Of a stretch of 59,362 bases of DNA, positions 23,597 through 36,100 are shown one piece after another. The first letter of the stretch is position 1. Every line of letters begins with the position of its first letter. The stretch comes from Dimorphilus gyrociliatus (taxonomy: Eukaryota > Animalia > Annelida): contig CAJFCJ010000043.1 in assembly GCA_904063045.1 (NCBI GenBank), positions 1 to 59,362 of the forward strand. The letters are read 5' to 3'. The notes below the pieces were generated by a model. The model had not been told where the DNA came from, made no database searches, and saw only the letters and a program-made list of their open reading frames with translations. The position numbers and the translations under genes are program-made.

Positions 23597-24943
23597 ATGT
23601 TTAAGTTAATCTGTTGGATTTCTCTACTTTTTTCCAATGTATTACCATTAACAATATATAAACATGTAAATATTGCTTTTGAACAACGCAGCTTCTTATC
23701 TTCAACATATTCTACTAGCTATGATCATTTGGCTGTCAATGGAAAATTTAGTCCCATTTTCGCTAACTTTCAATATTGTAGTCAATCCGAATATGAAAAC
23801 AGGCCTTGGTATATAATTCAATTCGAAAGATCGTATATCATTCGTACAATAAGGATTTTGAATAGAGCAAGTTTTCCGGAAAGACTTAACAATTTAATTG
23901 TTGGAACGAAACTATCCAGAGACCTTTCAACAATAGACATCAATCAATTCCAAATTTTTTCCTCTTTTACTTCTCCACTTGGAAGTTCTGGAACTAAAAC
24001 AATGAAATTCTCCAACAAACCACATTACGCAAGTACAGTTATTTTTTATAAAATAGAAGCTAGTAGTATAACTTTTTGTCAAATTGAAATGTGGAGTTTG
24101 TCAAATATTGCTAAAAATAAATTATCCACCTTAAGTAGTTATTACGAAAGTTCAGATCCAGGAACTGCAGTTGATGGTGAGACTAATTGGCTTCATGGAC
24201 AAAATGGTATTAAATGCGCTCATACCTTCACTAATAGACACCCATGGTGGAAGGTTGATTTAGTAAAACAAAGCCAAATTTTGGCTGTAACAATAATTGG
24301 TAGAGGAGAGCACGCGGATAGATTAGAGAATCTTCGTATAGCCATTTCTAGTGAAGACGTTACTCCAACACCTGAAATTCCTGTAGAATGTGGCTATTAC
24401 AATGGACCATTGCCTCCTTATTTAACAATGAGATGTCCAAAATCAACAATTGGTCGTTATCTATCAGCAGTGATTGTTGCCGAGCATACAGCTCTTATTT
24501 TATGCGAATTGGACATTTTTGGTTATAATTTGGATGAAAATTTAAAAGTGAATACAATCTTTTACAATCAAACTGATTATTTCTATAGAATTAATAATCA
24601 AACTAAAGATTGTAATGGAAATTTAAAATCTACATCAGATATATCAGAATATCAAATATCATCATCATTTGAAATTGTCCTTAAAGGAATTGATATTGAA
24701 AGTAATTGTAGAAAAGGAGTCTTTAACGTTATGTCTACATTCCGAACGGAAATTCAACATGAATATTTAAATGAATGTAAACTTTTGCATACCAATGATG
24801 GATATTTTTCACAGAGTGATATGTATGATAAATGCACTTATCTTTGCAATTGTAATACTCACAATTGTATGTCATTTTCAATTATTCTTTCGTCATATTT
24901 ACAATCTATTTATAATGAGCTATTTATTTATTTCCATTATTAA
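23597..24943 (+). CDS. Secreted tandem F-type lectin (fucolectin / F5-8C fold) protein with C-terminal Cys module; single exon
   Basis: Signal MFKLICWISLLFSNVLP. Domain 1 NIA..S..SS..AVNG..CSQS..PWY; domain 2 NIAKNK.STLSS..AVDG..CAHT..HPWWKVDL..RGEHADRL..CELDIF. No stops. Confidence 0.9.
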   Translation: MFKLICWISLLFSNVLPLTIYKHVNIAFEQRSFLSSTYSTSYDHLAVNGKFSPIFANFQYCSQSEYENRPWYIIQFERSYIIRTIRILNRASFPERLNNLIVGTKLSRDLSTIDINQFQIFSSFTSPLGSSGTKTMKFSNKPHYASTVIFYKIEASSITFCQIEMWSLSNIAKNKLSTLSSYYESSDPGTAVDGETNWLHGQNGIKCAHTFTNRHPWWKVDLVKQSQILAVTIIGRGEHADRLENLRIAISSEDVTPTPEIPVECGYYNGPLPPYLTMRCPKSTIGRYLSAVIVAEHTALILCELDIFGYNLDENLKVNTIFYNQTDYFYRINNQTKDCNGNLKSTSDISEYQISSSFEIVLKGIDIESNCRKGVFNVMSTFRTEIQHEYLNECKLLHTNDGYFSQSDMYDKCTYLCNCNTHNCMSFSIILSSYLQSIYNELFIYFHY

Positions 24944-24964
24944 AAGAGAAAGTAAGATTATCTG

Positions 24965-25292
24965 TTTCAATCCCCTTCTCTGATACAATGTGTCCCAAAA
25001 ATTGAACTTGTTCTTTCAAGAATACACATTTACTTAGCTTAATCTTAAAATTGTACTTTTGAATCTGTTGAAGAATGATCTCCAATGCTTCAAAAATTTT
25101 GTTCAATGACTTGGTAAATATTATTATGTCATCAAGGTAGTTAAGGCAGAAATGCTTTACATCCTTTAGCACAAATGAATTCATTACATAACTAAAGCGA
25201 GGAGGTGCATTAGTCAATCCAAAAGGCATCTTAATAAATTCAAACAAGCCAAAAAAGGTGTAATGAATGCTGTTTAATGCTAATTGGAACAT
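24965..25292 (-). mobile_element. Ty3/Gypsy reverse transcriptase fragment
   Basis: FEFIKMPFGLTNAP..F...M....NYLDDIIIF....KIKLSKCVFLKEQVQFLGHIVSEKGI. Confidence 0.9.
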
Positions 25293-26459
25293 TTATACAG
25301 TTTGTAAACCCTTCACCATAGGAACATGAAAAATGGGGTCATGAGAAATGTCACCTTTGCTGTCATTTGTTTAAAATATACTAGAAATATCTGGAATATA
25401 AAAGTTTGTCACTATCCTTATCTGTCTATATGTTTTACAGATCAATCATTTTATTGCAACATTTGTTGTGACATGTCAATGAAGAAATGCAGGGTCAAAC
25501 TGCAAAGGCTACCTTCTAGTGCAGCTGTTAATGCAGAAATAACTCAAACATCTAATTTCCAATTGTGGCTTACTGAACAAGGCATATCAAATAATATCAA
25601 CAAGGAACAACTATTGGAGTTGATATCACAACTTAATGGAAATCATGAAATTATAAATTTTAACAATACAATGAAAAGCATTAGAAAAAATGATACAAAT
25701 TTTAATGAAATGGTAAGATCTTTTACAGAAATTGGAGTGAATCCTGGAAAGGAAGAAATTATCAATCTTAGAAAATTCAACAACCAGTTGTAAAATTTCC
25801 AGACAATTGCAATTTGATTCTCTTAAGTGATGAAAGTTTGAGTGACTTTGTTTTGCTTCTGATGGAACATGTTAAAAAAATATAAGATTCCACAGTACAA
25901 TTCTAATTATAAACATTTATTTATATCTATCCTTTTCATGGAAGAGTTCAGCCTGGAAAGATATTAGGGTCACCTGAAAAATTCTTGCCGTTTTGCTGTA
26001 TTTTTAAAATGGTACACTGTGGGCCTATATTTTTATCATTAATAGAAAGTGAATTGATTAATGTACTGTCTCTAAAAACTTTCTCAACTTACAAGCCCTG
26101 GTTCAAAAGTTATTGAGACTTCAGTTGTGGTTGAATTATGCAATTTATTTGCCATTCTTTTTAGAATTTTATTCTTTTCCATAGATAAGACATTGACATT
26201 TTTACGTTTCTCTAGATGGAAAATTCAAGAAAAACTCAACATATGAAATAGAATTTTGAATAAATGAATATTGACTTTGATCAATTTTCATTTTGTTATC
26301 ATCAAATGAAAATAATTCAATATTGAATTGGCAAGGTTTAGTTTTGAAAATTTTAAATTCAATTGATTTTCTACATTTTTGAAATGAATGAAAATTATCT
26401 TCAACTCTTAATCCCATTTTTAAAAATAGATTTTGTTTACCAATTGTATATACATCATT

Positions 26460-26620
26460 TTCAGGAAATATTGTTGAATGAATGTACTGAAATTGAAAAG
26501 ACAAGGATAATTGATAATACAGGCCTGGAAAAAGGACTCTCAAATATTTGCAGAGGATTATCTAATTCATCAAAGAAACTAAAAGAAATTAAATTTAAAA
26601 AATGTAATATTGATAACAGT
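26460..26620 (+). pseudogene. Isolated LRR fragment of the 3994-5340 / 58586 family
   Basis: ILLNECTEIEKTRIIDNTGLEKGLSNICRGLSNSSKKLKEIKFKKCNI matches the ..GL.NIC.GL..SS..LK unit. Confidence 0.65.
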
Positions 26621-26645
26621 GTATGTGTATTCTTTTTCTTTCCTG

Positions 26646-27918
26646 TTATTCAGCCCTCTCAACCAATTTGGCAAATGCTTGGTACCTAATTGAAAATAAA
26701 CTTTCAAGCTTCTCTGTACACTTTTTGAGCAGTGGAGAAAGTTCCAGTTCAGTTAGGTGACTTTTATTAAAAACATTTATGTGAACAAAATTTTCATTCT
26801 CCACTAATAAAACTGGTTTCATTTTGTTCACCTTCTTCAGTTCAGTGTAATTGTATTTCGAAACGAACACTTTGTCTAGCAAGTAATTAAATTTATAAAA
26901 AACTGACTGAAGTTCTTCTTCGCATTGAACTAATTGCAAAAGTTAGTCTTTTGATTTTTCATTTATATTAAAATCATTCACCATTAGAGAATTGTAACAA
27001 TGGATGATATTTTTAGAGATATCCCACCCAGATATTGCGTCATTAGCATAACTATTGAAAAGCATATCCAGCTCTTTCATTAGATTGTCTTTGGCCATAA
27101 TAAATTCTAATCCAATATCTTTGGAACAATGCTTTTAATTAGTCAAAAAGAAATTAAAGATAAATGAAAACCTTCATAAATGAATTTATCATCATTTTCT
27201 TTTATGTAAGCAGCTGGATGAGGGAAAGGAGAAAATTCACATTCTCCAAATAATTTTGAAAGTTGAGAAATACTTTCACTCTCCTATTTTGAATATTTAA
27301 TTAAGTGTGATTTTTATCAACATTCTAATACTCACTGTCATTAATGAATCTTTTAATTTTGTATCAAATTTTCCATATGTTGCATTCTTCTGTGGTGCTC
27401 TGTTCCTATAATAGCCTGTAAAAATGAAAAGTAGATGGACAGATAAGAGAATTTAATGAAGATTGAATGAGATAAATGCCTACATTATCTAGAGTTTTTT
27501 CACATCTTTCACAACTCCCAAATAAATGTTAAACTTCAAAAGAAGACATTTTTAAATCATGTATTATTCATCTTTAAGAGCCTCTTTTAAAAATCTTCAA
27601 ACCTTTATACTATCAATAGTATAATATTAAAAAATATCGTCAATTTTTTCGAGAAATTCGAAAGTAGCAATCTTTCTTACCTTTTGTAACAGATTCATCA
27701 CCGAATCCCACTTGAAATATGTTTTCAACATAACTACCTTGATTATCACTCTAATAAAGAAGATTCATGAGAAATGATTTACCTTTTCTAAAAAGACCCA
27801 TAGCTCCAATTGGAAGACATTTTTCATTGCTATAGGATTTTAAGATATCTGCAGCTTCATCTGATATACAGCTGCTACCATCACAATAGCATTTTAGCAA
27901 TTGTATAGATTGAAACAT
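26646..27918 (-). pseudogene. Guanylate-binding protein (GBP/atlastin family) paralog, disabled
   Basis: ATG 27918; IGAMGLFRKGKSFLMNLLY* (TAG 27751-27753 where the other copy has CAG), FQVGFGDESVTKG|gtaag. Helical part SKDIGLEFIMAKDNLMKELDMLFNSY parallels DVGQSFLKAKDNVKTELENIFANY of the + copy. Confidence 0.8.
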
Positions 27919-28535
27919 TCTTCCACCTTTGGTGGAGTGTATAGTGCTCAACCTGTAACTATTTATACAAATTAATGTATGAGTCACTGGTTTTTTTATG
28001 TCAAACATTTTGGAGAAAATGATTTAAAACCAATGAATTTTATAAGAAGGAAGAAATATTTAAAGTATATAAGGAGAACTACTTGAATTGAAGTTCATTT
28101 TGTTTTTTTCTCTGCATGGTATTAGAGAAACAGTTAAAATGTCTGAAAGTGTATTACTGTTGGAACTTTCAAATCCACCTAAAATAACTAAACGTGCTAA
28201 AGATATTCTAGAAAAGTATGGAAAAAGAAAAATGTCTATTTCTCTCTTCAATGAGAAGGTATAGAGAAGGTAAATCATTCTTAATGAGTCTACTATACCA
28301 GAGTGACAACCAAAGTGAAACAATTAAAGATATATTTAAAGTTGGATTTGGAGACAAAAATACCATTGAAAAGGTTCAAATTTTAGGTCAAACTTATAAT
28401 TTCTGTTTTTTTTTATATATTCCATTATCAAACTTTAGAAAAATTAAAGGAGAAACATTAAACATTTTCTTCTTGGATTCTCAAGGACTTTTTGCAACAG
28501 ATGTAAAGAAAACAGATAATCTGATTGTTTCATTT

Positions 28536-30083
28536 GGGGGCAACAGAAAACGTCCACAACAGAAAACGTCCACAATTGACAGAAAACGTCCACAGATGGA
28601 CAGAAAACATCCACAGATTAACAGAAAATGTCCACAAATGAATAGTAAATGTCCATATAGTATTTAAAAAATAATTAAATAAGAATAGAGAAGATGAAAT
28701 GAATTAATATATTTTTCTTAATTGATTAAATACTAATGATCTGAGAAAATGAAAATTATGAAATTGCAAGTAAAAAAGTTTATTTAAGAACATAATTTTT
28801 CAAATGACTTGAACATTTTTGATATTTTTTATACTGTTGAATTAATACTGCACATATTTATTAATATAAAGCAGAACACATCTCAACAAGTTGACTTGCT
28901 GTGATGTCACCAACTTTGAAGTTTTCCCAAATGGAAAACAGTTCCTTTTGAATTTCTGTATAGACTTTTTTTGCATTCTCAATATCTTCTTCTCACTTAA
29001 TAATTTTTCATACACAGAAATTAGCTCAGCCTCTCTCTTTAGTTCATCAATAATTGTGTAAAATGATGAGTTTATTCCCATGTTTTTATTGAGTCTATTA
29101 TGGAATCCTTCCAAATCATTATTAGTGCAGATTGATTGGTTAAACACAGACCAAGTTTCTGGAGGCCAAAAGCTATTTTTTATCCAATTATCCTCCACAT
29201 ATTCTAATAAATCTCCAAGCTTATTTCTTTCAGCCAGCTCACTTTTTATTTTGTAGAATTGATTTGCAATCAAAGTATGAGGGAGGTAGGGCAAAGCCAT
29301 AATCATTTTCATTGATTGCCATTCTCCCCCTCTCTTTTTTCTTTTTAAATTCTGGGCTGTAACCCAGATCCTAAAAGTAGAATAATAAACTTTGATTAAA
29401 TTTTTACATTTATTAGTATTATTTCTAACCTGAATTTTTCTAAAAATGGCTTGTGACCAATGAAAAGAACAACCAGCCATTGTAACATCTGGCCATGTAT
29501 CTCTAATACTTTTCCAAATGGCCTTCTCATAGTCCAAAACAATTTTTTGAACAGAGATGTCACCAGTTAATTCATTTACAGTCTAAATACACAAACTATC
29601 ATTGATTTAAGTATTTAAAAATATAACTTACCTTGAAAAGTAATTTATAAGATTTTTTCTTTTTTGAAGTTAAGAATGAAAAAAGCAATGGCACCTGCTT
29701 CAACTCTCCATTATTCCTGAAGAATCCATGGATTGAGAACATTTGGAGAAATAGATCCTTGGCAATTTTAAAAGTACCATCCACATACCATATTTTAGGG
29801 GCTGACAGAAAATGTCCCCAAATGAGATTTTTGAAAGCAATATTTCAGATTGAAAAATGGTTAGGAGGGGTAAAGTAGCTTTTGATTTATAGTTAGGGGG
29901 GGGTTCCATCTAAGGGTTAGGAGCAATCAAAAAGGTTAAGGAGAGACAAGGGCTAGGTTAGGGTTAGGGTTAAATCATGAATTTGGGGACGTTTTTTTCA
30001 CCTATTTTTTCATTGTTTTAATTTTGTGGACATTTTCTGTCTTTTGTGCACGTTTTCTGTTGTGCACGTTTTCTGTCTTATCC
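28536..30083 (-). mobile_element. Internally deleted Mutator (MULE/Phantom-like) element with 9-bp TSD
   Basis: TSD GTTTCATTT at 28527-28535 and 30084-30092. Ends GGGGGCAACAGAAAACG and (rc) GGATAAGACAGAAAACG, tandem ACAGAAAACGTCCAC repeats at both ends. Transposase pieces WYVDGTFKIAK..QMFSIHGF (29599-29790) and DYEKAIW..GCSFHWSQAI..CTNNDLEGFHNRLN (28842-29537). Confidence 0.92.
29798..30083 (+). mobile_element. Complete MITE forming the right end of the 28536-30083 element
   Basis: Starts GGGGCTGACAGAAAATGTCC exactly where the transposase is truncated; contains GGGCTAGGTTAGGGTTAGGGTT; ends TTTTCTGTCTTATCC. Confidence 0.75.
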
Positions 30084-31799
30084 GTTTCATTTCTATTGAG
30101 TATTTCACCAATTTGTATTTTCAATGTAAATAGTAGATTGACTCAACAGATATTGATACACTAAAGGTAAAAAAATCCTAATCATTTTCCACCTATTTAA
30201 ATATCTAAACAGTAATATTTTAAACCTTGTCTTTTATGTTATCTAGTTTAATGTCTACTTGGGTGTGGTAGATAATGAAAATTGCATAAAGACCAAAGAA
30301 AGTGTAAATATAAATTTTCATAAAAAATATATTATTTAAAAATGATTTTTGTCTTTAAAGATAATGATTATTACATGCTGAGATAGACCAGCAACACATG
30401 ATCTACTTCTTGGGAAATTCAATGAAGCATTTAGAGTAGAACAGAAAGAGGTAAATATAATAAATAAAAAGACCTATAAATTAATTGTCTTTTTCAGAAA
30501 TGTAAAAATTTGTATACACTTTTGGAGAATTTTAAAAGATTGGAATTTTCTCTCTTCCCTGAACCAGATATTTCTGTTATGTGTGAAGATTTTAGCTCAT
30601 ATTATAAAGGTTAGCTATTATTATAATTTTTGTATTAAATTTTCAAAAAATCTTTTCTAATTCATAGATGTTGGACAAAGTTTTCTTAAAGCAAAAGATA
30701 ATGTAAAGACAGAATTAGAGAATATCTTTGCAAATTATATTGATGATGCAACTAGTTGTTCACAAAATTCTATCAATTTGGCAACTGTTCTTCATTCTCT
30801 CAGTCAGAATGATTTTGTTAAAAAAGAAAGGTCATTTCAACAGCTTCAAGAACTCATGGCATTTCAAATTGAATATAACAAACTCTATCAAGATTTTGAT
30901 GATAAAACTGCATCTATATTCAATGTGGATATTGAAAAAGAGAATATTTCAAAAGTAAAGAAAGATGGTGATGTTTTTCTTCAAAAGTTTTCAAATTCTG
31001 CTGATCTTGTCTATAAAGATCAAAGATTAATGGCAATTAATAAAAATGACATCATTCCACTAAAGGAGACGTTCCTGCAGAAGATAACTATTCTACTACA
31101 AAACAGAATTCAAATTTTTGAAGGATTTATAAATAAATTTGAAGAGAATAAAAATAGCCTGGATGAGAAATTGGAAAAGTATATTAAAGAAAGGGATGAA
31201 GCTCTTAATCAACCATAAGCTAACTTTGAGGATGAACTTGAAAAAAAAAAGATTGGAAATGAATGAACTGCAAAGTAAGATAGATAGACAAGAAATTGTA
31301 ATGGATTCTGTGAAGGAACAATTTGAAGAATTGGAGAATGAAATTCAAACTCTAGAAAGAGACAGCAAAGAAATTAATGATAATTATCAAGAAAAGTTAG
31401 TACTTTTGAGCAAAACAAGTGAGGAAAATAGAGAATATCTAGAAAAACTCGAAAATTTAGAAAAACAAATCAAGGAAGATAGAGAGAGATTTGATGAATC
31501 ACAAAAGCAAACTCAGAAAGAGATAGAGGATACGAAGAAGAAAAAATCAGGGATATGTGTGATATCTTAAGGATATTCTTGAATTTCTCATTCAATTCAA
31601 TTCAATTATTAAACAATAAGACTGTGTTTGTATGTCATTGTATAGCCATTAAATATACCCTTGAAGGTATTTTCTCTCCCTACTTCACTTGCAAATGTTA
31701 TTGATCATCTCTTTGATTGGCTAAGCAGTTTATGAGAATAAGTCTAGCGATATGTTTAATTTTATTTTTTTATGACAGTTTGTTCCAAAAACAGTGTTA

Positions 31800-31940
31800 A
31801 AAATGACCTTGACCTTAATGGTACTGTCTTGGTTTTAAAACAAAGAGTATTATCATGTAAATCTGAATATTTTAGTTACATTAAGTCTATGAAAAATATA
31901 TATCTGTTTTCTTCCTCAAATACAGTAAGGTCAAGGTCCC
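31800..31940. repeat. Short inverted-repeat element TGACCTTGACCTT ... AAGGTCAAGGTC
   Basis: TGACCTTGACCTT at about 31804 and AAGGTCAAGGTC at about 31927; related words at about 41880 and 51460. Confidence 0.45.
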
Positions 31941-32509
31941 TTATTTCAATACTTTATGTTAGAAAATTATTTTAGCATTCCTTATTACTAAAATGTATTT
32001 AAACAAATCTTCTTGAGAAAACCTGAAAGATAGTTTAAAAAGGACTTTATCCTAAAAACAAAGCCTCTAAGATAACTAATTGAAGTATAATTGGATTGAA
32101 TGTTATTGTATATTCCTGTGTATGTTACATAGTGTATATTGTTGTATTGTAATTGTCAAGGTTTCTGGCTCTTCACCACAATATTTGTTGTTTGCAATCA
32201 TTTACCAATTAACGAAAGTACTCACACAAATAGAACCTCAAGTTTTTCCACCAAATGCTGACCTTTAATAAAAGATTACATATGTTCTTTTACAAATGAC
32301 AAAACAGATTCACTTAAGATTAAATTTCTCTATATAAACTACATTTTCGGGAAATTATGAAAAGTATATCTATTTTCAATAACTAGGAAGTTGGAATAGT
32401 TTGTCTTTGTTTTGTTTTTTTTTGTATATTTTCTATATTTTGTATTGGTCTAACAGTTATTTTCCAATCCTGTCACCTTTATTGGCAATCACTTGCCAAA
32501 ATCTTCCTC

Positions 32510-32580
32510 CTATTGAGTATGGGAAAAAACGTCCTAAAGGGTGGGAAAAACATCCAAGGAGTGGGAAAAGATAAGACTTT
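32510..32580 (+). repeat. Orphan MULE subterminal repeats
   Basis: GGGAAAAAACGTCC / GGGAAAAACATCC / GGAGTGGGAAAAG resemble the ends of the 338-2969 element. Confidence 0.5.
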
Positions 32581-33149
32581 TTTCCTTTTGTTATGATTGT
32601 GTTCATGTTTACTCTTATGAAAATATTTCCTTTTTGTTGAATAATAGAGGATGAAACAATGACTACCACTCCCAGTATCCTTAACATGACTCAACAAATC
32701 AGCTCTATTTCTATTATTCTATTAATTAAACAAACCGGAAATGACAATAGTAAAATATATTTTCTTAATATTTAAAAATGTTTTCATAATCAAAGTATTG
32801 GAAAGATCAATTGGAAACAAACTCTGCTGGAACTGGCTTTGTACACCTTCAACATTGAACACTAGTTTTCGTAACTTGTCAATGTATACAATGAGCAAAC
32901 ATTTGGTTATTTGAAAATTGTTACTCAATCCAAACACCAAAAAATGTGACGACTGATCATTTTCTATTAAACAACAAATAGACAGAATCATCCAGCACTA
33001 GATTTTTTTTTTCATTAGTAGGAAATGTATTATAATATCTTTAGTATCATTTCTCCTTAGCCAAGACAAATACAAGCAATTTTGACTAATCAAAAAATGT
33101 AATGGTTCTCTATTGATATAGAGATGATGAAATAATGAGTTTGTTTTGA

Positions 33150-36100
33150 TTATCCTAATCTATTCCTAACCAAAATATCTGTAGATAGATGATGATCAAT
33201 TCTATACAAAAATTGATGATTCCAAATATGAAAATATTGCAATTGTTTTTGACAAACAATTGCGTCGTATATGATATTTCCAATTTTTGAGGTAAACCCA
33301 CAATTATTGCATTGAATTTCACAAATATTTTTACAATACTTTTTAATATTTTGAAATAGACATTTTCCAACATCATTTCCAAATTGATTATTTGCAATAT
33401 TCAATACGCTAAGGTAGGTCTGTTGGCCAATTAGATCTCCTAAAAAATCTCCAATATTTGCAGTAAATCCACAATTTTCAAATTTCAATACTGTGATACT
33501 GAAGCAATTTTCCTTGAGTCTATGAAACAGATTAATTCCAACTGTATCCCCTAATTGATTATTGGAGAATGTTAATTCTTGAAGTCTACTTTGTTGGCCA
33601 ATTGCATCTCCTAAAATATACCCAATGTCTGTTGTAAATCCACAATGATCAAATATAAGTTTGGATATATTATAGCAATTTTCTTTCATATTTTCAAATA
33701 TATTCCTTCCAACATCATCTTGTAGAAAATTCTTAGCAATATTGAAATTTTGAAGATACTTTTGTTGTGCAATCGCTTCTCCAATACAATTTCCAATTTG
33801 AAAAGTAAAATTACACAATTCGCAATTAATAACTGAAAGTTGATTACAATTTTGTTTTATACAGTTGAAGATTTCTTCTCCAACATGATCTCCAACTGAA
33901 TTTTCCCACATTACCAAACTTTGTAGATTGTATTGTTGACCTATCATCTCACCAATAACATTTCCCAAATTTGAAGTAAATCCACAATATCCAATATATA
34001 AATTTGTTAAATTATAACAATTTTCTTGAAGATTTTTGAAAATATATTTTCCCAAATCATCTCCAAAATCATTGTTCCAAATGTATAAATTATTAAGATC
34101 TCTTTGTTCACCAATAGCATCACCAATAATGTTACCAATTGCAGATGTAAATTGACAATTTCCAAAATTGAGTACTTTTATATTCCTGCAATATTTATGA
34201 ATATTTGTAAAAATACTTCTACCAACATCATCTCCCAATTGATTGTTCCAGAATGACAGTTCTTTGATATAAGTTTGCTTGCCTATTGCATCACCAACAA
34301 CATTTCCAAGAGCAGAAGTAAAGTTACAAGTATTACAATCAATTTTTTCAATATTTCTACAATTTTCATTGATTTTCTTAAATAGATGTTTTCCAATATA
34401 ATTTCCCAAGTTATTTTCCTGACATATGAATATTTTCAAATTTTTAAGACAACCAATTGCCTTAGCCATTACAAAACCAACATCTGTTGTAAATTCACAA
34501 TTACTAAAATTTAATAATTCAATTCTATTATTGTTCTTTGCTATTGATGAAAAGAGATGTTTCCCTACAATATCCCCTAAAGGGTTGTTTTTTATTGTAA
34601 GCGATATTAGGGAAGTTTGTTGACTGATTGCATCACCTAATATCAATCCAATTGCTGAAGTAAATCCACAATTACTTATATCTAATTTAGTAAGGTTTGT
34701 ACAGCTATCCTCAAGACTTTTCAATAATTCTCTTCCAGCACTGTCTTGTAATTTATTGTTACTTATATCTAATATTTCTAAATTTTTCTGTTGATAAATT
34801 GCTTTTGATAAAATCTTTCCAATTTTAGAAGTAAACTGACAATTTCCAACAGTTAAACATGTGATTTTTTGACAATTTTCATAAATTTTTTTAAAAAGAT
34901 TTTTACCAAAATCATCTCTAAAATCGTTGTTACAAAGCGACAAAGTTTCAAGTTCATTTTGTTGACCAATTGCATTAGAAATGATACTGCCGATTTGAAA
35001 AGAAAATCTACAGTTATCTAGTTTAAGGTCAGAAATTTTTTGACAATTTTTTTCTATCATTTGAAAAATATATTTCCCAATAAAATCTCCAATTTCATTA
35101 TGCCATAAAAGTAAACTTTTAAGGTTAGATTGTTGGCCAATTGCAGTAGCAAGAGAATTATGAATATCTGCCGTAAATCCACATTTACCCAAACCAAATT
35201 TTGAAATTTTGGAACAATTCCATCGAATATTTGTAAATATTGATTTTCCAACAAAATCTCCTAAATAATTTTCAGATATATCAAGAAATTGTAGGCTTGT
35301 TTGTTTGCCTATTGCATCACCAATAATACTACCAATTTGGTGAGTAAATCCACAGTTGAAAACTCTTAAAAGTTTAATAATTTCACAATTATTCTTGATA
35401 TTGTGAAATATATTTCTGCCAACTTTATCTCCAAATAAATTATTAGCTAAATGCAATTCATTAAGATTTTTCTGACAACCAATTGCATTACCAATACTAT
35501 CTCCAATTTTTGAAGTAAATCCACAATTTATACAATCAATATTTGTAAGTTTTCTACAATTTTTCCAAATATTTTCAAAGATATTTTTCCCAACTGTATC
35601 TTCAAGCTGATTATTACCTAACAATAATTCTTTAAGACAATGCTGTTGACCAATAGCATCACCCAAAATATTACCAATATTTGAAGTAAGTCCACAATTA
35701 TCAATATTTAAAAGTGTTATAGTATGATGAGTCTCTTTTATACAATGAAATAAATGTTCTCCAACATCATCTTCAATATAATTATCCCAAAGATATAATT
35801 GTTTCAAAAATTTCTTTTTTTTAATTACATAACCCAAAACATTTCCAATATCTGAAGTAATTCCACTATTAGATAAATCCAAGGTGGATATGTTGGGGCA
35901 GTTATTTTTCAAATTTAATAAAACATATTTCCAGCCTTCATTGCCCAATCTAATTTCCCATAGATATAGTTCTCTTAATCTATCTTGTTTAATGATACCA
36001 TCAGTAAGTATAGCTGTTAATCCTGGATGAAAATAACAATTTCCAAAGCATAGGCTATAAAAATTCTTACCACTATTTCCAATATTTAAGAATATATCTT

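Larger units (their letters stand above)
28139..31570 (+). pseudogene. Guanylate-binding protein with C-terminal CaaX (CVIS), split by a MULE insertion
   Basis: ATG 28139, frameshift, RRYREGKSFLMS, FKVG, LDSQGLF. Reading resumes after 30092 (SFLLSISPICIFNV). Long helical/coiled-coil exon 30667-31570 has TAA 31216-31218 and an A-run frameshift, and ends KKKKSGICVIS*. Confidence 0.85.

Noticed and set aside
25326-25793. 155-aa ORF as a PHD/zinc-finger or LINE ORF1 protein
   Set aside because: Cys spacing does not fit a defined finger; left uncalled, probably TE-derived.
28536-28667. C-terminal RKRPQ-repeat tail of ORF 28218-28667 as a real GBP extension
   Set aside because: It is readthrough into the inserted MULE end.
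29940-29975. TTAGGG runs as a true telomere or chromosome-fusion scar
   Set aside because: Only 2-3 units, always embedded in the same MITE context.
31772-32991. Several 60-90 aa ORFs between the GBP and the NLR
   Set aside because: No motifs, low-complexity AT-rich sequence, partly repeat-derived.
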